Of a DNA stretch of 64,000 nucleotides, positions 10,505 through 19,023 are shown piece after piece (within the stretch, counting starts at the first letter, position 1; each line of letters begins with the position of its first letter). The translations under genes were made by a program, and so were the position numbers. The notes under the pieces were generated by a model, which was not told the origin of the DNA, did not search any database, and saw only the letters and a list, made by a program, of their open reading frames with translations. This stretch comes from a virus (Duplodnaviria > Caudoviricetes). The stretch spans positions 64,001 through 128,000 of IMG/VR virus record IMGVR_UViG_3300009671_000009. One strand, written 5' to 3'.

Positions 10505-10927
10505 ATGTTCTATACCAAGAAGAAAGAAGCCGCGTTAAATGCCAAGCTGTCAAATCTAACTCTGAGTGTTCAAAAGATAGAAAGTATGGTTAGGAATTCA
10601 TTTAACGCGATAGCAGAAGAATCGAAACTTAATAATACATACCTTAAAGAGCTAGCTAAAGTTGTTTTAGATATTAATACGATTCTTACAAATGTTAAAG
10701 AGACCGTTTCTTGTATCAAGACAGATGTAGAAGATACATTCAACAGACTTGATGATACGTCTAAGTCTATTACAGATCTAACAGCAGTAATTAATGTCCA
10801 AAGGATGATCGACATGGCTAAGTTTGCTAATGAACTTGAAAGACTTATCAAGGTTGTTGATATTCTTAATGATACAATTCATGAGAATATCCTAGATGGA
10901 GCTACAAGTCTCGGTGATATTACATGA
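10505..10927 (+). CDS. Hypothetical coiled-coil protein
   Basis: AGGAGG SD and a heptad-like helical sequence. Confidence 0.7.
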   Translation: MFYTKKKEAALNAKLSNLTLSVQKIESMVRNSFNAIAEESKLNNTYLKELAKVVLDINTILTNVKETVSCIKTDVEDTFNRLDDTSKSITDLTAVINVQRMIDMAKFANELERLIKVVDILNDTIHENILDGATSLGDIT

Positions 10928-11022
10928 AAAACAAGAAGTGCGGATTGACTGGAAAGCCATGTATAGATGAGAAGTTATCTTGCATGGCTTGTCCTATCAA
11001 TATAAGAACGTAGTGTGGTGGT

Positions 11023-11781
11023 GTGATGATAAATTACAACTGTGCCTTACAATATGCAAGACGCGGATGGTCTGTGTTCCCTCTACAGGGAAAGCTGCCA
11101 CTCAAAGGAAGTCGCGGACTGCTGGATGCATCTCTTGACCCTCACCAGATAAGAGAATGGTTTTACAGTAATCCACACTATAATGTCGGTATCAGAACTG
11201 GCCCAGAAAGCAATATTACAGTCGTAGATATCGATAGCCATGGAGAAACTTCAGGCTTTGATTCCTTAAAGAGATTAGAACTAGAGCATGGCAAAATTGT
11301 TACACGGTCTGTAAAGACAGCTGGCGGGGGCCGCCATCTCTATTTTAAATATCTCGAAGGTTCTACTAATCGAGCAGGAATTCTCCCTGGCATAGACGTT
11401 AGAAGTGCAGGAGGTTATGTGGTCGCGCCCTTCAGCTGCAATCCTGAAGGAAGGATGTATCTGTGGGAAAATAACTTCGCTATCATTGCCGCTCCTAACT
11501 GGCTAGCCAATCTTATCTTAAGGCCCGATGTACTGTACCAACCAGGAGCAGACGCATCTGACGAGCTTGACTACATCCCCATAGGCAAGCGAAACACTTT
11601 GCTCTTTAAAATGCTGTGCGGTCTCCGTTACCACGGCATTCCTATCAAGACTGCCAGGAAGATCGCAAGAACATTTGCTGAAGACTGTGAGGGAGGGTTG
11701 CCAGAGGATGAGATTCAGGCAACTGTCGATAATGTTTATGAACGCTACCAAGTGGGAGTGTTTAAAAAACGCGACAGTTAG
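11023..11781 (+). CDS. Bifunctional primase-polymerase (Prim-Pol) with PriCT-like C-terminus
   Basis: ALQYARRGWSVFPL, NVGIRTG, VVDID, TAGGGRHLYF, IDVRSAGGYVVAP, GKRNTLLF. Confidence 0.9.
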   Translation: MMINYNCALQYARRGWSVFPLQGKLPLKGSRGLLDASLDPHQIREWFYSNPHYNVGIRTGPESNITVVDIDSHGETSGFDSLKRLELEHGKIVTRSVKTAGGGRHLYFKYLEGSTNRAGILPGIDVRSAGGYVVAPFSCNPEGRMYLWENNFAIIAAPNWLANLILRPDVLYQPGADASDELDYIPIGKRNTLLFKMLCGLRYHGIPIKTARKIARTFAEDCEGGLPEDEIQATVDNVYERYQVGVFKKRDS

Positions 11782-11784
11782 ATA

Positions 11785-11813
11785 TTGACACGATATCCAA
11801 AACATGCTATACT
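11785..11813 (+). promoter_or_regulatory. Near-consensus sigma70/sigmaA promoter with extended -10
   Basis: TTGACA-17 nt-TATACT with TG at -15/-14. Confidence 0.85.
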
Positions 11814-11819
11814 GAAGTG

Positions 11820-12055
11820 AGGAACAGGGGGCTTTGCGATGGGGATGCTCATCGATAGCCAACGTGTCCCTAAGTACAATAATCTCGGTTAGCGAACGAT
11901 TAGTTGGTGTCTGCGTGAGCCTCCACAACTTACGTATCAACAGTCGTTTACTACAACTTAATACGTGCAATAGCAGTTCAAAAACGGGTTCTGGTACTCC
12001 AGGCCGAAATGACGATTACCCGAGAGATTCGCAAGGCTTCTCTTTAAGGTTCTGC
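11820..12055 (+). ncRNA. Candidate structured non-coding RNA (~235 nt)
   Basis: Starts just after the promoter. Long-range helix GGGGGCTTTGCGA/TCGCAAGGCTTCT, helix TCTCGG/CCGAGA and a long internal hairpin. Confidence 0.6.
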
Positions 12056-12138
12056 TAAGTGCATTAGTAACACAGAGGAGTGACTCATTTGTCAGCCAGA
12101 GAATAAAAACTTCTAAGTTCATTCTGATTTAATTAGGA

Positions 12139-12177
12139 TGTAGCTCAGATTTTAAATATTGTTCAATCTGAGCTACA
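12139..12177 (+). terminator. 13-bp perfect hairpin, probable terminator or processing signal
   Basis: TGTAGCTCAGATT...AATCTGAGCTACA followed by a T-rich tract. Confidence 0.5.
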
Positions 12178-12192
12178 CAATTCTTTCTATAT

Positions 12193-12267
12193 TGGGACAT
12201 AAGTAAATGGTGATACTAGGGGCCTTATAAGCCCTTATTACAGGTTCGATTCCTGTTGTCCCAACCA
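12193..12267 (+). tRNA. tRNA-Ile(TAT)
   Basis: Cloverleaf TGGGACA/TGTCCCA, anticodon arm GGGGC-CTTATAA-GCCCT, TTCGATT T-loop, CCA end. Confidence 0.88.
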
Positions 12268-12277
12268 ATAATATATA

Positions 12278-12451
12278 ATGGAAAATGTAAACAAAATCTT
12301 AGCAAACGTTAAAGCCTCGATGGCTGTCGAGGGAATAAAACCAAGTGCTTTTGCAGAAAAACTTGGGCGACAACTTTTGATGAATACAATAAGTATTAAA
12401 GAAGCTATCGAAAAAGTTAGGAGACATTACAATATCAATAATGTGGTGTAG
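12278..12451 (+). CDS. VbhA-like (Fic-inhibitor) antitoxin, 57 aa, below the ORF-track cutoff
   Basis: MENVNKILANVKASMAVEGIKPSAFAEKLGRQLLMNTISIKEAIEKVRRHY... contains the (S/T)xxxE(G/N) motif SMAVEG. Confidence 0.7.
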   Translation: MENVNKILANVKASMAVEGIKPSAFAEKLGRQLLMNTISIKEAIEKVRRHYNINNVV

Positions 12452-12526
12452 CTCAGAAAGAGATTGTAGATGTGACATTATGTGTGCTAGTTGTCACAAA
12501 TAGTTCACTATGAAAACGAAATTAAT

Positions 12527-12605
12527 CGGGTACTCGCCTAACTTGGTCATGGCATCTGCTTTGGGAGCAGAAATAATGGCGGTTCAAATCCGTCGTACCC
12601 GACCA
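12527..12605 (+). tRNA. tRNA-Pro(TGG)
   Basis: CGGGTAC/GTACCCG, TCTGC-TTTGGGA-GCAGA, CCA end. Confidence 0.92.
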
Positions 12606-12651
12606 TATAAATTTACAAATAATTAGTGGGTTTACAATAGGGGGGAAACCG

Positions 12652-13794
12652 ATGTTCACTAATATTAAAGCAAAACTATTCGTGCCCCTTTGCAGCGCTC
12701 TCTTGCTGCTGTTCTATACACCTATAGCATTTGCTTGCGATGGGTCCATCGCAAGTATGTGGTCAAGAGGTAGCAAAGTAAGAGAGATTCAGTATTATTT
12801 ACATAAGTTAAACTACTTAAAAGAACAACCAGACGGAATTTACGGCAATATCACTACAGGCGCAGTTAAAACTTTCCAACTAGAAAGCAATCTGGAAGCC
12901 ACTGGCAAGGTAGGACAAATGACCTTCGATGCATTACATCTTGCAAGCGAAGGATCTATTGCTAAAATGGGTTCTAGAGGCAAAACTGTCGCCAAGATAC
13001 AAGACTATCTACAAAAGTTGAATTACATGAAAGATAGCCCCGATGGAATCTATGGTAAAATTACATTGGGGGCGGTTAAATCTTTCCAATTGGAGCACGG
13101 TCTCAAAGCAACTGGAGAAGTAGAGCAAATAACTTTTAATGCATTAAAGGAATCATTCGATAATCAAAATAATTATACCGAATACTTGGTTCAGGCGAAC
13201 GAGACACTGCTTGACATTGCCGAAAATTTCAATTCTTCTGTTGCTGCAATTATGGTACGAAATGATCTTCATAGTAATGAAATAAAAGAAGGTCAAGTGT
13301 TACAAATTCCAATCGGTATCAGATACCGTCACAGGATTACTTCTCGTAGTCGGAATAAATCTCAACCACAAGCTATACCCTGGTCTATAGTAGATAAATT
13401 ATGGAAGCCTGGCGAAAATGCTACGTTAACCGATCTAGATACAGGAGAGAGTTTTACCGTAAAACGTCTAGGTGGTCGTTACCATGCGGATGCTGAGCCA
13501 CTCACGTCTCTTGATGCAAAGACTATGTATAAAATTCTTGGCAATCGCTGGAGCTGGGATCGTCGTGCAATTATAGTTAATCTTTGTACTCTTCAAATTG
13601 CAGCTTCTATGAATGGTATGCCCCACGGCGTACAAAATATATATGGCAACTGGTTTGATGGGCACTTTTGCATTCATTTCTTAGGTAGCAGAGTCCATGT
13701 TAGTTATTCAGTAGACGATCAACATCTATCAAAGATAGAAGAAGCAGAAAATACTTTTGAAATCGACGAAGAAGAAATTATGTCCGTCCTGTAA
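12652..13794 (+). CDS. Secreted cell-wall protein: signal peptide, two PG-binding repeats, LysM, putative catalytic C-terminal domain
   Basis: Hydrophobic N-terminus. Two repeats GSRG..V..IQ..L..L.Y....DGIYG..T..AVK.FQ. LysM YLVQANETLLDIA...N. C-terminal GHFCIHF. Confidence 0.85.
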   Translation: MFTNIKAKLFVPLCSALLLLFYTPIAFACDGSIASMWSRGSKVREIQYYLHKLNYLKEQPDGIYGNITTGAVKTFQLESNLEATGKVGQMTFDALHLASEGSIAKMGSRGKTVAKIQDYLQKLNYMKDSPDGIYGKITLGAVKSFQLEHGLKATGEVEQITFNALKESFDNQNNYTEYLVQANETLLDIAENFNSSVAAIMVRNDLHSNEIKEGQVLQIPIGIRYRHRITSRSRNKSQPQAIPWSIVDKLWKPGENATLTDLDTGESFTVKRLGGRYHADAEPLTSLDAKTMYKILGNRWSWDRRAIIVNLCTLQIAASMNGMPHGVQNIYGNWFDGHFCIHFLGSRVHVSYSVDDQHLSKIEEAENTFEIDEEEIMSVL

Positions 13795-13817
13795 TAAGAT
13801 CAGGCATAAAGAATAAT

Positions 13818-13893
13818 GGAGGCTTAGTATATCGGTTCATTATACTGGACTGTCGATCCAGAGAGACGGGTTCGACTCCCGTAGTCTCCGCCA
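13818..13893 (+). tRNA. tRNA-Asp(GTC)
   Basis: GGAGGCT/AGTCTCC, CTGGA-CTGTCGA-TCCAG, GCCA end. Confidence 0.93.
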
Positions 13894-13916
13894 TAATAAA
13901 TTTTAAGGAAGAAGAA

Positions 13917-14654
13917 ATGATATTCGTTACAGGAGATATGCATGGTGAGCTAGGTATCAGAAAGTTCGCTACAGAATTTTTCCCAGAAGGAAAAGATCTA
14001 ACGAAAAGTGACTACGTAATTATCTGTGGAGACTTTGGTCTGGTCTGGTATCCACCAGAACATCCAGAGTTTAAGAGCCAACAGTATTGGCTTAACTGGT
14101 TAGAATCTAAGCCATGGACTACCTTATTTGTAGACGGAAATCATGAAAATTTCGATATACTTAAAGAAATGCCTGAACAAGAAATGTTCGGTGCCCCAGT
14201 AGGAGTTATCTCCGACTCAATCTTCCATCTTAAGCGTGGCTATATTTATACAATACAAGGCAAAGAATTCTTTACCTTTGGTGGAGGACATTCCATAGAT
14301 AAGGCATGGCGTACGCCAGGTAAATCCTGGTGGGCAGAAGAATTACCCACCAACGACGAATACTTAAGAGGAAGTCAATCTCTCAAGGAAAACGATAGTC
14401 TGGTTGACTTTGTAATAACCCATGCTTGCCCTGGCAAACTAGTTTCCCTTCTCTACGAGAGAAGGGAAAGGTTTGATCCAGAAGACGAAGAAGAACTTCG
14501 CAATTATTTTGATAATATATCAAACACAGTTAATTTTTCACAGTGGTTCTTTGGCCACTACCACACAGATAGACAGATAGATAGTAAGCATTATGCTTTA
14601 TATGATAGTATTGTTGAAATTGGAAGGCAGGACAACGGTGTCGAGCGGTCTTGA
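13917..14654 (+). CDS. Calcineurin-like metallophosphoesterase
   Basis: TGDMHG, CGDFG, DGNHE, ITH, FGHYH. Confidence 0.92.
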   Translation: MIFVTGDMHGELGIRKFATEFFPEGKDLTKSDYVIICGDFGLVWYPPEHPEFKSQQYWLNWLESKPWTTLFVDGNHENFDILKEMPEQEMFGAPVGVISDSIFHLKRGYIYTIQGKEFFTFGGGHSIDKAWRTPGKSWWAEELPTNDEYLRGSQSLKENDSLVDFVITHACPGKLVSLLYERRERFDPEDEEELRNYFDNISNTVNFSQWFFGHYHTDRQIDSKHYALYDSIVEIGRQDNGVERS

Positions 14655-14711
14655 AAACCATCGTGTCGGCGAGGAGTCGGCTACAGAGTTCGATTCTCTG
14701 GCCTTCCGCCA
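14622..14711 (+). tRNA. tRNA-Ser(TGA)
   Basis: GGAAGGC/GCCTTCC, loop CTTGAAA, long variable arm, GCCA end. Overlaps the 3' end of the upstream CDS. Confidence 0.85.
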
Positions 14712-14734
14712 TATGAATATAAAGGAGCAAAATC

Positions 14735-15037
14735 ATGAAACTTTCATGTATGTTAGGACTCCATGACTGGGAAAGATCAAGTATTACATATCATGGCAAT
14801 GTTATTGTAGGAATCTATGGCCAAGTCAAAAGAGTTCCAGGACAAACCTATACTGAAAAATGCACTAAGTGCGGAGCAGAACGAGGAGTCGTTGCTACGC
14901 TTTCTGAAAGGCAATACTTTTCTGCTGACTTTATTAAAAGTCAGATAGCTGATTATGAAGAGACCCAAGATAGTAGCAAACCTATGAAACTTGGAAAGAA
15001 AAATTTAAGCGAAGTAATGAGCAAAATTAAATCTTAA
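14735..15037 (+). CDS. Hypothetical protein (Cys/His motif)
   Basis: AAGGAG SD; C..LGLHDW...CTKCG. Confidence 0.7.
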   Translation: MKLSCMLGLHDWERSSITYHGNVIVGIYGQVKRVPGQTYTEKCTKCGAERGVVATLSERQYFSADFIKSQIADYEETQDSSKPMKLGKKNLSEVMSKIKS

Positions 15038-15053
15038 GAGGAAGGTTGCCAGA

Positions 15054-15659
15054 GTGAAAGAACGATTACCAAAACCTTATTTGATACTAATATTTGTATG
15101 TGTCCTTGTTGCAATACTTGGCATTCATAGACTGTGCGACTCCACTTTCAGAGACGAATTGTCTACCTTTGCTGAGCCTACAACAATTCATAATTATGAA
15201 TATAAGATGTACTCATGTAAGCGATTGTTACATTGGTGGTCTAGAAGGCTGTCCTCTGAACAGATTGCAAACATTAAAACACAACTATCCTTATTAAGAG
15301 AACAATATATCACCAATAAGATAGACGAAATCAATTCAGAACTTGCAAAAACCGACAGAAGTGATTACTCTATTGACTATGACCTTGAACAGCTCAAAGA
15401 ATTCTTAGTGGAAAACAATGTTCGAGACAGTAGAGTCAATTCTCTGGAAAACAAAATTTTATCTGTACGAAAAGAAGAACGTAGCAATGAGGGAGTTAGA
15501 ATCGGCATGACTAAGGAAGAGGTGCTGATGTCTAACTGGGGCATACCCTACGATATAAATAAAACCGTAACGAGATACGGCGTACATGAACAATGGTGCT
15601 ATCGCGGGTATAATTATTTATACTTTGAAAATGGAATCCTTGTTACTGTACAAAATTAA
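15054..15659 (+). CDS. Membrane-anchored hypothetical protein with SmpA/OmlA-like C-terminus
   Basis: N-terminal TM segment; C-terminal IGMTKEEVL..WG.P..IN...EQW.Y...YLYFENG. Confidence 0.65.
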   Translation: MKERLPKPYLILIFVCVLVAILGIHRLCDSTFRDELSTFAEPTTIHNYEYKMYSCKRLLHWWSRRLSSEQIANIKTQLSLLREQYITNKIDEINSELAKTDRSDYSIDYDLEQLKEFLVENNVRDSRVNSLENKILSVRKEERSNEGVRIGMTKEEVLMSNWGIPYDINKTVTRYGVHEQWCYRGYNYLYFENGILVTVQN

Positions 15660-15662
15660 TAT

Positions 15663-15757
15663 GGAGCAGTGACCGAGTTCGGCTGAAGGTAACAGTTTGC
15701 TAAGCTGTAGGGTGAAATTAAGTAGCTCCGTAGGTTCGAATCCTACCTGCTCCGCCA
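15663..15757 (+). tRNA. tRNA-Ser(GCT)
   Basis: GGAGCAG/CTGCTCC, ACAGT-TTGCTAA-GCTGT, long variable arm, GCCA end. Confidence 0.92.
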
Positions 15758-15796
15758 CTATATAAAAGATGAAGTTTGACATAGAGCGTGAATATA

Positions 15797-15870
15797 AGAC
15801 GTGGAGCCAGTAGGACGGGCGTTAGTCTGCAAAACTAATTAAATGGGATCGTTACCCATCACGTCTTCCA
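15797..15870 (+). tRNA. tRNA-Cys(GCA)
   Basis: AGACGTG/CACGTCT, TTAGT-CTGCAAA-ACTAA, U73, CCA end; atypical T-loop ATCGTTA. Confidence 0.85.
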
Positions 15871-15894
15871 AAATTAAGAATAAGGTGGTAATCC

Positions 15895-16302
15895 TTGTCG
15901 TATAAGTATAAAAAGATAAGCGTTAATGGACGTAAGGTTGATGAGCATTGTTATGTAATGGAACAGAAGCTCGGAAGAAAGCTAGAGCGCTGGGAAATTG
16001 TACACCACAAGGACGAAGACAAGCTCAACAACGATCCAGATAATCTGGAGATAAAAATTAAACACACCAAATTTCATTACGATAAGGGCGATTTGCATAG
16101 ACTCACCAAAGAAGACAGGGCGAAAGCAAATGATCCAAAAGGATCAGAAAAATGCAATGCCAAGCTAAGCGAGCAACAAGTTGCATACATTAAACGAAGA
16201 ATAAGCAACGGAGAAGGAGTTCGAGCCTTGGCAAGAGAATATAACGTACACCATACACTTATATCTCAAATTAAAAGGGGCATACTTTATAAACATGTCT
16301 AA
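15895..16302 (+). CDS. HNH homing endonuclease with C-terminal HTH
   Basis: EH..VME..LGRKL..WEIVHHKDEDKLNNDPDNL; NAKLSEQQV..IK...LAREYNV. Confidence 0.85.
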   Translation: MSYKYKKISVNGRKVDEHCYVMEQKLGRKLERWEIVHHKDEDKLNNDPDNLEIKIKHTKFHYDKGDLHRLTKEDRAKANDPKGSEKCNAKLSEQQVAYIKRRISNGEGVRALAREYNVHHTLISQIKRGILYKHV

Positions 16303-16308
16303 AAGAAG

Positions 16309-17304
16309 GTGATTGCTATAGGTATTCATCGTAATTGCAAGCAATGCCAAATAGAATTCCTGTTTCGGGCTGCAGAACAAGCTCTAAATAATAATCAGCA
16401 AGATATGTATGCCTTCGCAATGAAGATGATTTATAAAATTGAAGGCAAGCTCGCAGAGTGGGACAAAGGAAGTGACTGCTGTGAGAACAGCAATCCAATA
16501 CATTAAAGAGAATAACATAGAGAGTATCGATGTTACTGATCCTCAAACTATGGCAATATGTTCAAGGTGTGGACGGTTTTCTGCCCTACACCAAACTTTT
16601 GTAGACAACCAAGGAACTTTCTATTGCTCCATATGCGCAAAGGAGGTTAATTCAAATGTCAAGACTACCGCTTAATTGCTTAGACGTAATTGATAGAGAG
16701 TTGCGCTTACTAAAGCCTGTAACTATGCTCGAAGGTACTAAACTTTATGTAGAATTAATCAATGGGTTTGAGCTATTCAACACAACCCACTATCATAATT
16801 ATGAAACATTCTCAGATGGATGGAGAATCACAGACGGTAAAATTGCGGCTGAAGGAGAAGATCTGCTAGACGCAGTTAGGGCATTCCGCGAAAAGTTTCT
16901 AAAAGAAAAAGACAATCCTCCAGTGTTGGTATCTGTTACAATAGGAGACACTACCATCAAAGATATGGAGATAGAAGAAGCAAGATTGCTGGCAAGAATC
17001 TTGCGGAAGAACAATATTCAGTGCGAATTCGGAAAGCAGCAGTAACATGATATTCGACTTTAATCAATTAGATACTGAGATGTGCATAATCAGTTTGCAG
17101 ATTGGCAACACAATAACACAACAAATAGAAATGCCTACAGTGTTTGCCCAATCACATTTTATGCAGCTTATTGTGCAACTCAGACAGGATCCAAGACCAA
17201 TGAAAGTGGTGTGTACCAAAGAAGAGTACACAAGAAATGGGAGAAGGTTAATAAATAGCCTAGCATTTGAGAACAAGGCATTTGTAGATTCGAACGGGAA
17301 GTGA
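16309..17304 (+). CDS. Run of four small hypothetical ORFs (16309-16506, ~16439-16675, 16656-17045, 17047-17304)
   Basis: Tightly packed, overlapping start/stop codons; no recognisable family. Confidence 0.55.
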
Positions 17305-17660
17305 TTAAGATGTTCAAAGCATGGGTTGACGATTGCAGACTAGCACCATTTGGGTGGATACATCTACCTAATTACAATATGACTATAAAGTTTATGATGA
17401 GAACTAAAGGCAATGTATCAGTCTTATCTCTTGATCACGATCTGGGCGAAAAGAAAACAGGCTATGACATTTTGTTATGGATGATCGATAATAATTGGTG
17501 GCCTGCCGATGAGATTAGGATACATACTGCTAACCCTGTTGGAAGAGACAACATGACCTATGCAATTAACAGGCACAGTCCATTTGTTATGAAAAGATTT
17601 GTTGAGTTCGATGAACACGGTAACGCGTTTTGGCGTTCCGTTAGAAAGGAAGCGGTCTAA
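17301..17660 (+). CDS. Cyclic-phosphate-processing receiver-like domain protein
   Basis: WVDDCR..P.GW, LSLDHDLG...GYD, IHTANPVG..NM. Confidence 0.8.
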   Translation: MIKMFKAWVDDCRLAPFGWIHLPNYNMTIKFMMRTKGNVSVLSLDHDLGEKKTGYDILLWMIDNNWWPADEIRIHTANPVGRDNMTYAINRHSPFVMKRFVEFDEHGNAFWRSVRKEAV

Positions 17661-18007
17661 TGGCCAAGCTTGCAAGAATAGAATACAGAGATGATACTTT
17701 TGTAAATGCTACATATCTACTGGATATTCCAAAAGATATTCCGTGGAAACTTGTAGCAACAATCGTTAATCCTATTTATGATTTTGATACACTTCCAAGA
17801 AAACTCAATGGAATGGTAAACGAACATGAGCTATCGTGGTTTGTGAATGATATCCGACGAGTGTATGTAGGGGTGTCTAACATAACAGAAGAAGGAGCTA
17901 GGCTTCCAACCACAGCCTTAACACTACAGAGAATATTCGACACTATCTGTGATAAGTTTTCTGAATTTCACAAACTGTATTTGGTTTGTGAGAAAGCATT
18001 CAAATAA
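17660..18007 (+). CDS. Hypothetical protein
   Basis: Translationally coupled ORF (TAATG). Confidence 0.6.
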   Translation: MAKLARIEYRDDTFVNATYLLDIPKDIPWKLVATIVNPIYDFDTLPRKLNGMVNEHELSWFVNDIRRVYVGVSNITEEGARLPTTALTLQRIFDTICDKFSEFHKLYLVCEKAFK

Positions 18008-18008
18008 T

Positions 18009-18135
18009 GGGGTAGATCTAGGATTCGATGGGGTTCGGTGACTGCGTGTAGATGAAAAATGCCCTTGGAGAAAACATCGATAGTAGCCATGTAGCTGGAC
18101 TTTAGACTGGGGTTCGACTCCCCACTACTCCACCA
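18009..18135 (+). ncRNA. ssrA: Minimal tmRNA-like RNA (tRNA-like domain plus helix 2 only, 127 nt)
   Basis: 5' end GGGGTAGATCTAGGATTCGATGGGG and 3' end GACTGGGGTTCGACTCCCCACTACTCCACCA match tmRNA ends. G3:U70 pair, A73, no D-stem. Confidence 0.8.
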
Positions 18136-18152
18136 AATAATAGGAGTTCAAT

Positions 18153-18365
18153 ATGTACGAATATACTATAACTATATCTTTAACTCTCACTCTTCCAGAC
18201 AACCCCACATTTGAAGACATCAGTAGAGCAGTTGAAGGCGATCCAGATAATGCCAGATATAAAATTTTTGAAAACTCAACGGAGAATACAAAGGTTGGAA
18301 GAGCAGAAACTCCAAACCCTTATTATAGGAACAAATCGGAATGTAGCCCAACGGCAGAGGCATAG
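18153..18365 (+). CDS. Hypothetical protein (3' end overlaps tRNA-Leu)
   Basis: AGGAG SD before ATG. Confidence 0.55.
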   Translation: MYEYTITISLTLTLPDNPTFEDISRAVEGDPDNARYKIFENSTENTKVGRAETPNPYYRNKSECSPTAEA

Positions 18366-18412
18366 AGCTTAAGCCTCTAAAAGTGTGAGTTCGAATCTCA
18401 CTATTCCGACCA
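18337..18412 (+). tRNA. tRNA-Leu(TAA), short variable loop
   Basis: CGGAATG/TATTCCG, TAGAG-CTTAAGC-CTCTA, ACCA end. Confidence 0.85.
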
Positions 18413-18419
18413 TAATATT

Positions 18420-18456
18420 TAGGCAAGCGTGAGTTCAAATCTCACTCCGCCTACCA
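18420..18456 (+). pseudogene. tRNA remnant or minihelix (T-arm, 3' acceptor strand and CCA)
   Basis: TAGGC-AAGC-GTGAG-TTCAAAT-CTCAC-TCCGCCT-ACCA; D and anticodon arms are absent. Confidence 0.7.
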
Positions 18457-18457
18457 T

Positions 18458-18532
18458 GGGCCGATAGCTGAGATGGATTAGCGCCTGCCTGAAGAGCAGG
18501 AGAGGTCGGTTCAATTCCGACTTGGCCCACCA
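18458..18532 (+). tRNA. tRNA-Phe(GAA)
   Basis: GGGCCGA/TTGGCCC, CCTGC-CTGAAGA-GCAGG, ACCA end. Confidence 0.93.
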
Positions 18533-18627
18533 TCTATGGAGATGATTTATTATTATTTGTGCAATTTGATTTTCGTTTTGACCATTGGTACGATGGTTCT
18601 AAATGTCCTGGATTTAAGGAGAAAAAA

Positions 18628-19023
18628 ATGCCAACAAAACAAGTTATTGTTATTAGAAAAGATTTAAATATGCGTAAGGGCAAAATCGCATCTCAGGCAG
18701 CACATGCTTCTATCAAAGTTTTCTTTGATAGAATGGAAAAAGCTCCTTGGGTTTTTCCCGAGCCTTGCTATCTAACAGTAGTTACCGAAGCAATGGCAGA
18801 ATGGATAAATGGATTATTCACTAAGATTTGCGTTTATGTAGAATCAGAAGAAGAACTATTGAATCTTTATAACAAAGCCAAAGAATCAGGAATTCCTTGT
18901 TCTTTAATTCAAGACGCAGGTCTTACCGAATTTGGAGGAGTTCCTACTTATACTTGTATCGCAGTAGGCCCAGACTATAATGAACGAGTAGATGAAATAA
19001 CAGGAGGTTTACCGCTCTTATGA
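18628..19023 (+). CDS. pth2: Peptidyl-tRNA hydrolase, Pth2 type
   Basis: [63 protein letters not shown] before ATG 18628. Confidence 0.93.
   Translation: MPTKQVIVIRKDLNMRKGKIASQAAHASIKVFFDRMEKAPWVFPEPCYLTVVTEAMAEWINGLFTKICVYVESEEELLNLYNKAKESGIPCSLIQDAGLTEFGGVPTYTCIAVGPDYNERVDEITGGLPLL

Noticed and set aside
11834-12058. 74-aa ORF as a protein gene or tmRNA tag frame
   Set aside because: It has no SD, non-protein-like composition, lies within a strongly paired region and has no ..LAA-type tag ending.
12135-12456. Additional tRNAs at the GTAGCTCAG motifs (12140 and 12448)
   Set aside because: Only the first 14-15 nt resemble a tRNA; no anticodon or T arm follows.
18061-18105. Tag reading frame (ALGENIDSSHVAGL*) inside the mini-tmRNA
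   Set aside because: The frame runs through the 3' strand of helix 2 and has no preceding pseudoknot, so it is structurally implausible as an mRNA-like domain, though not formally excluded.
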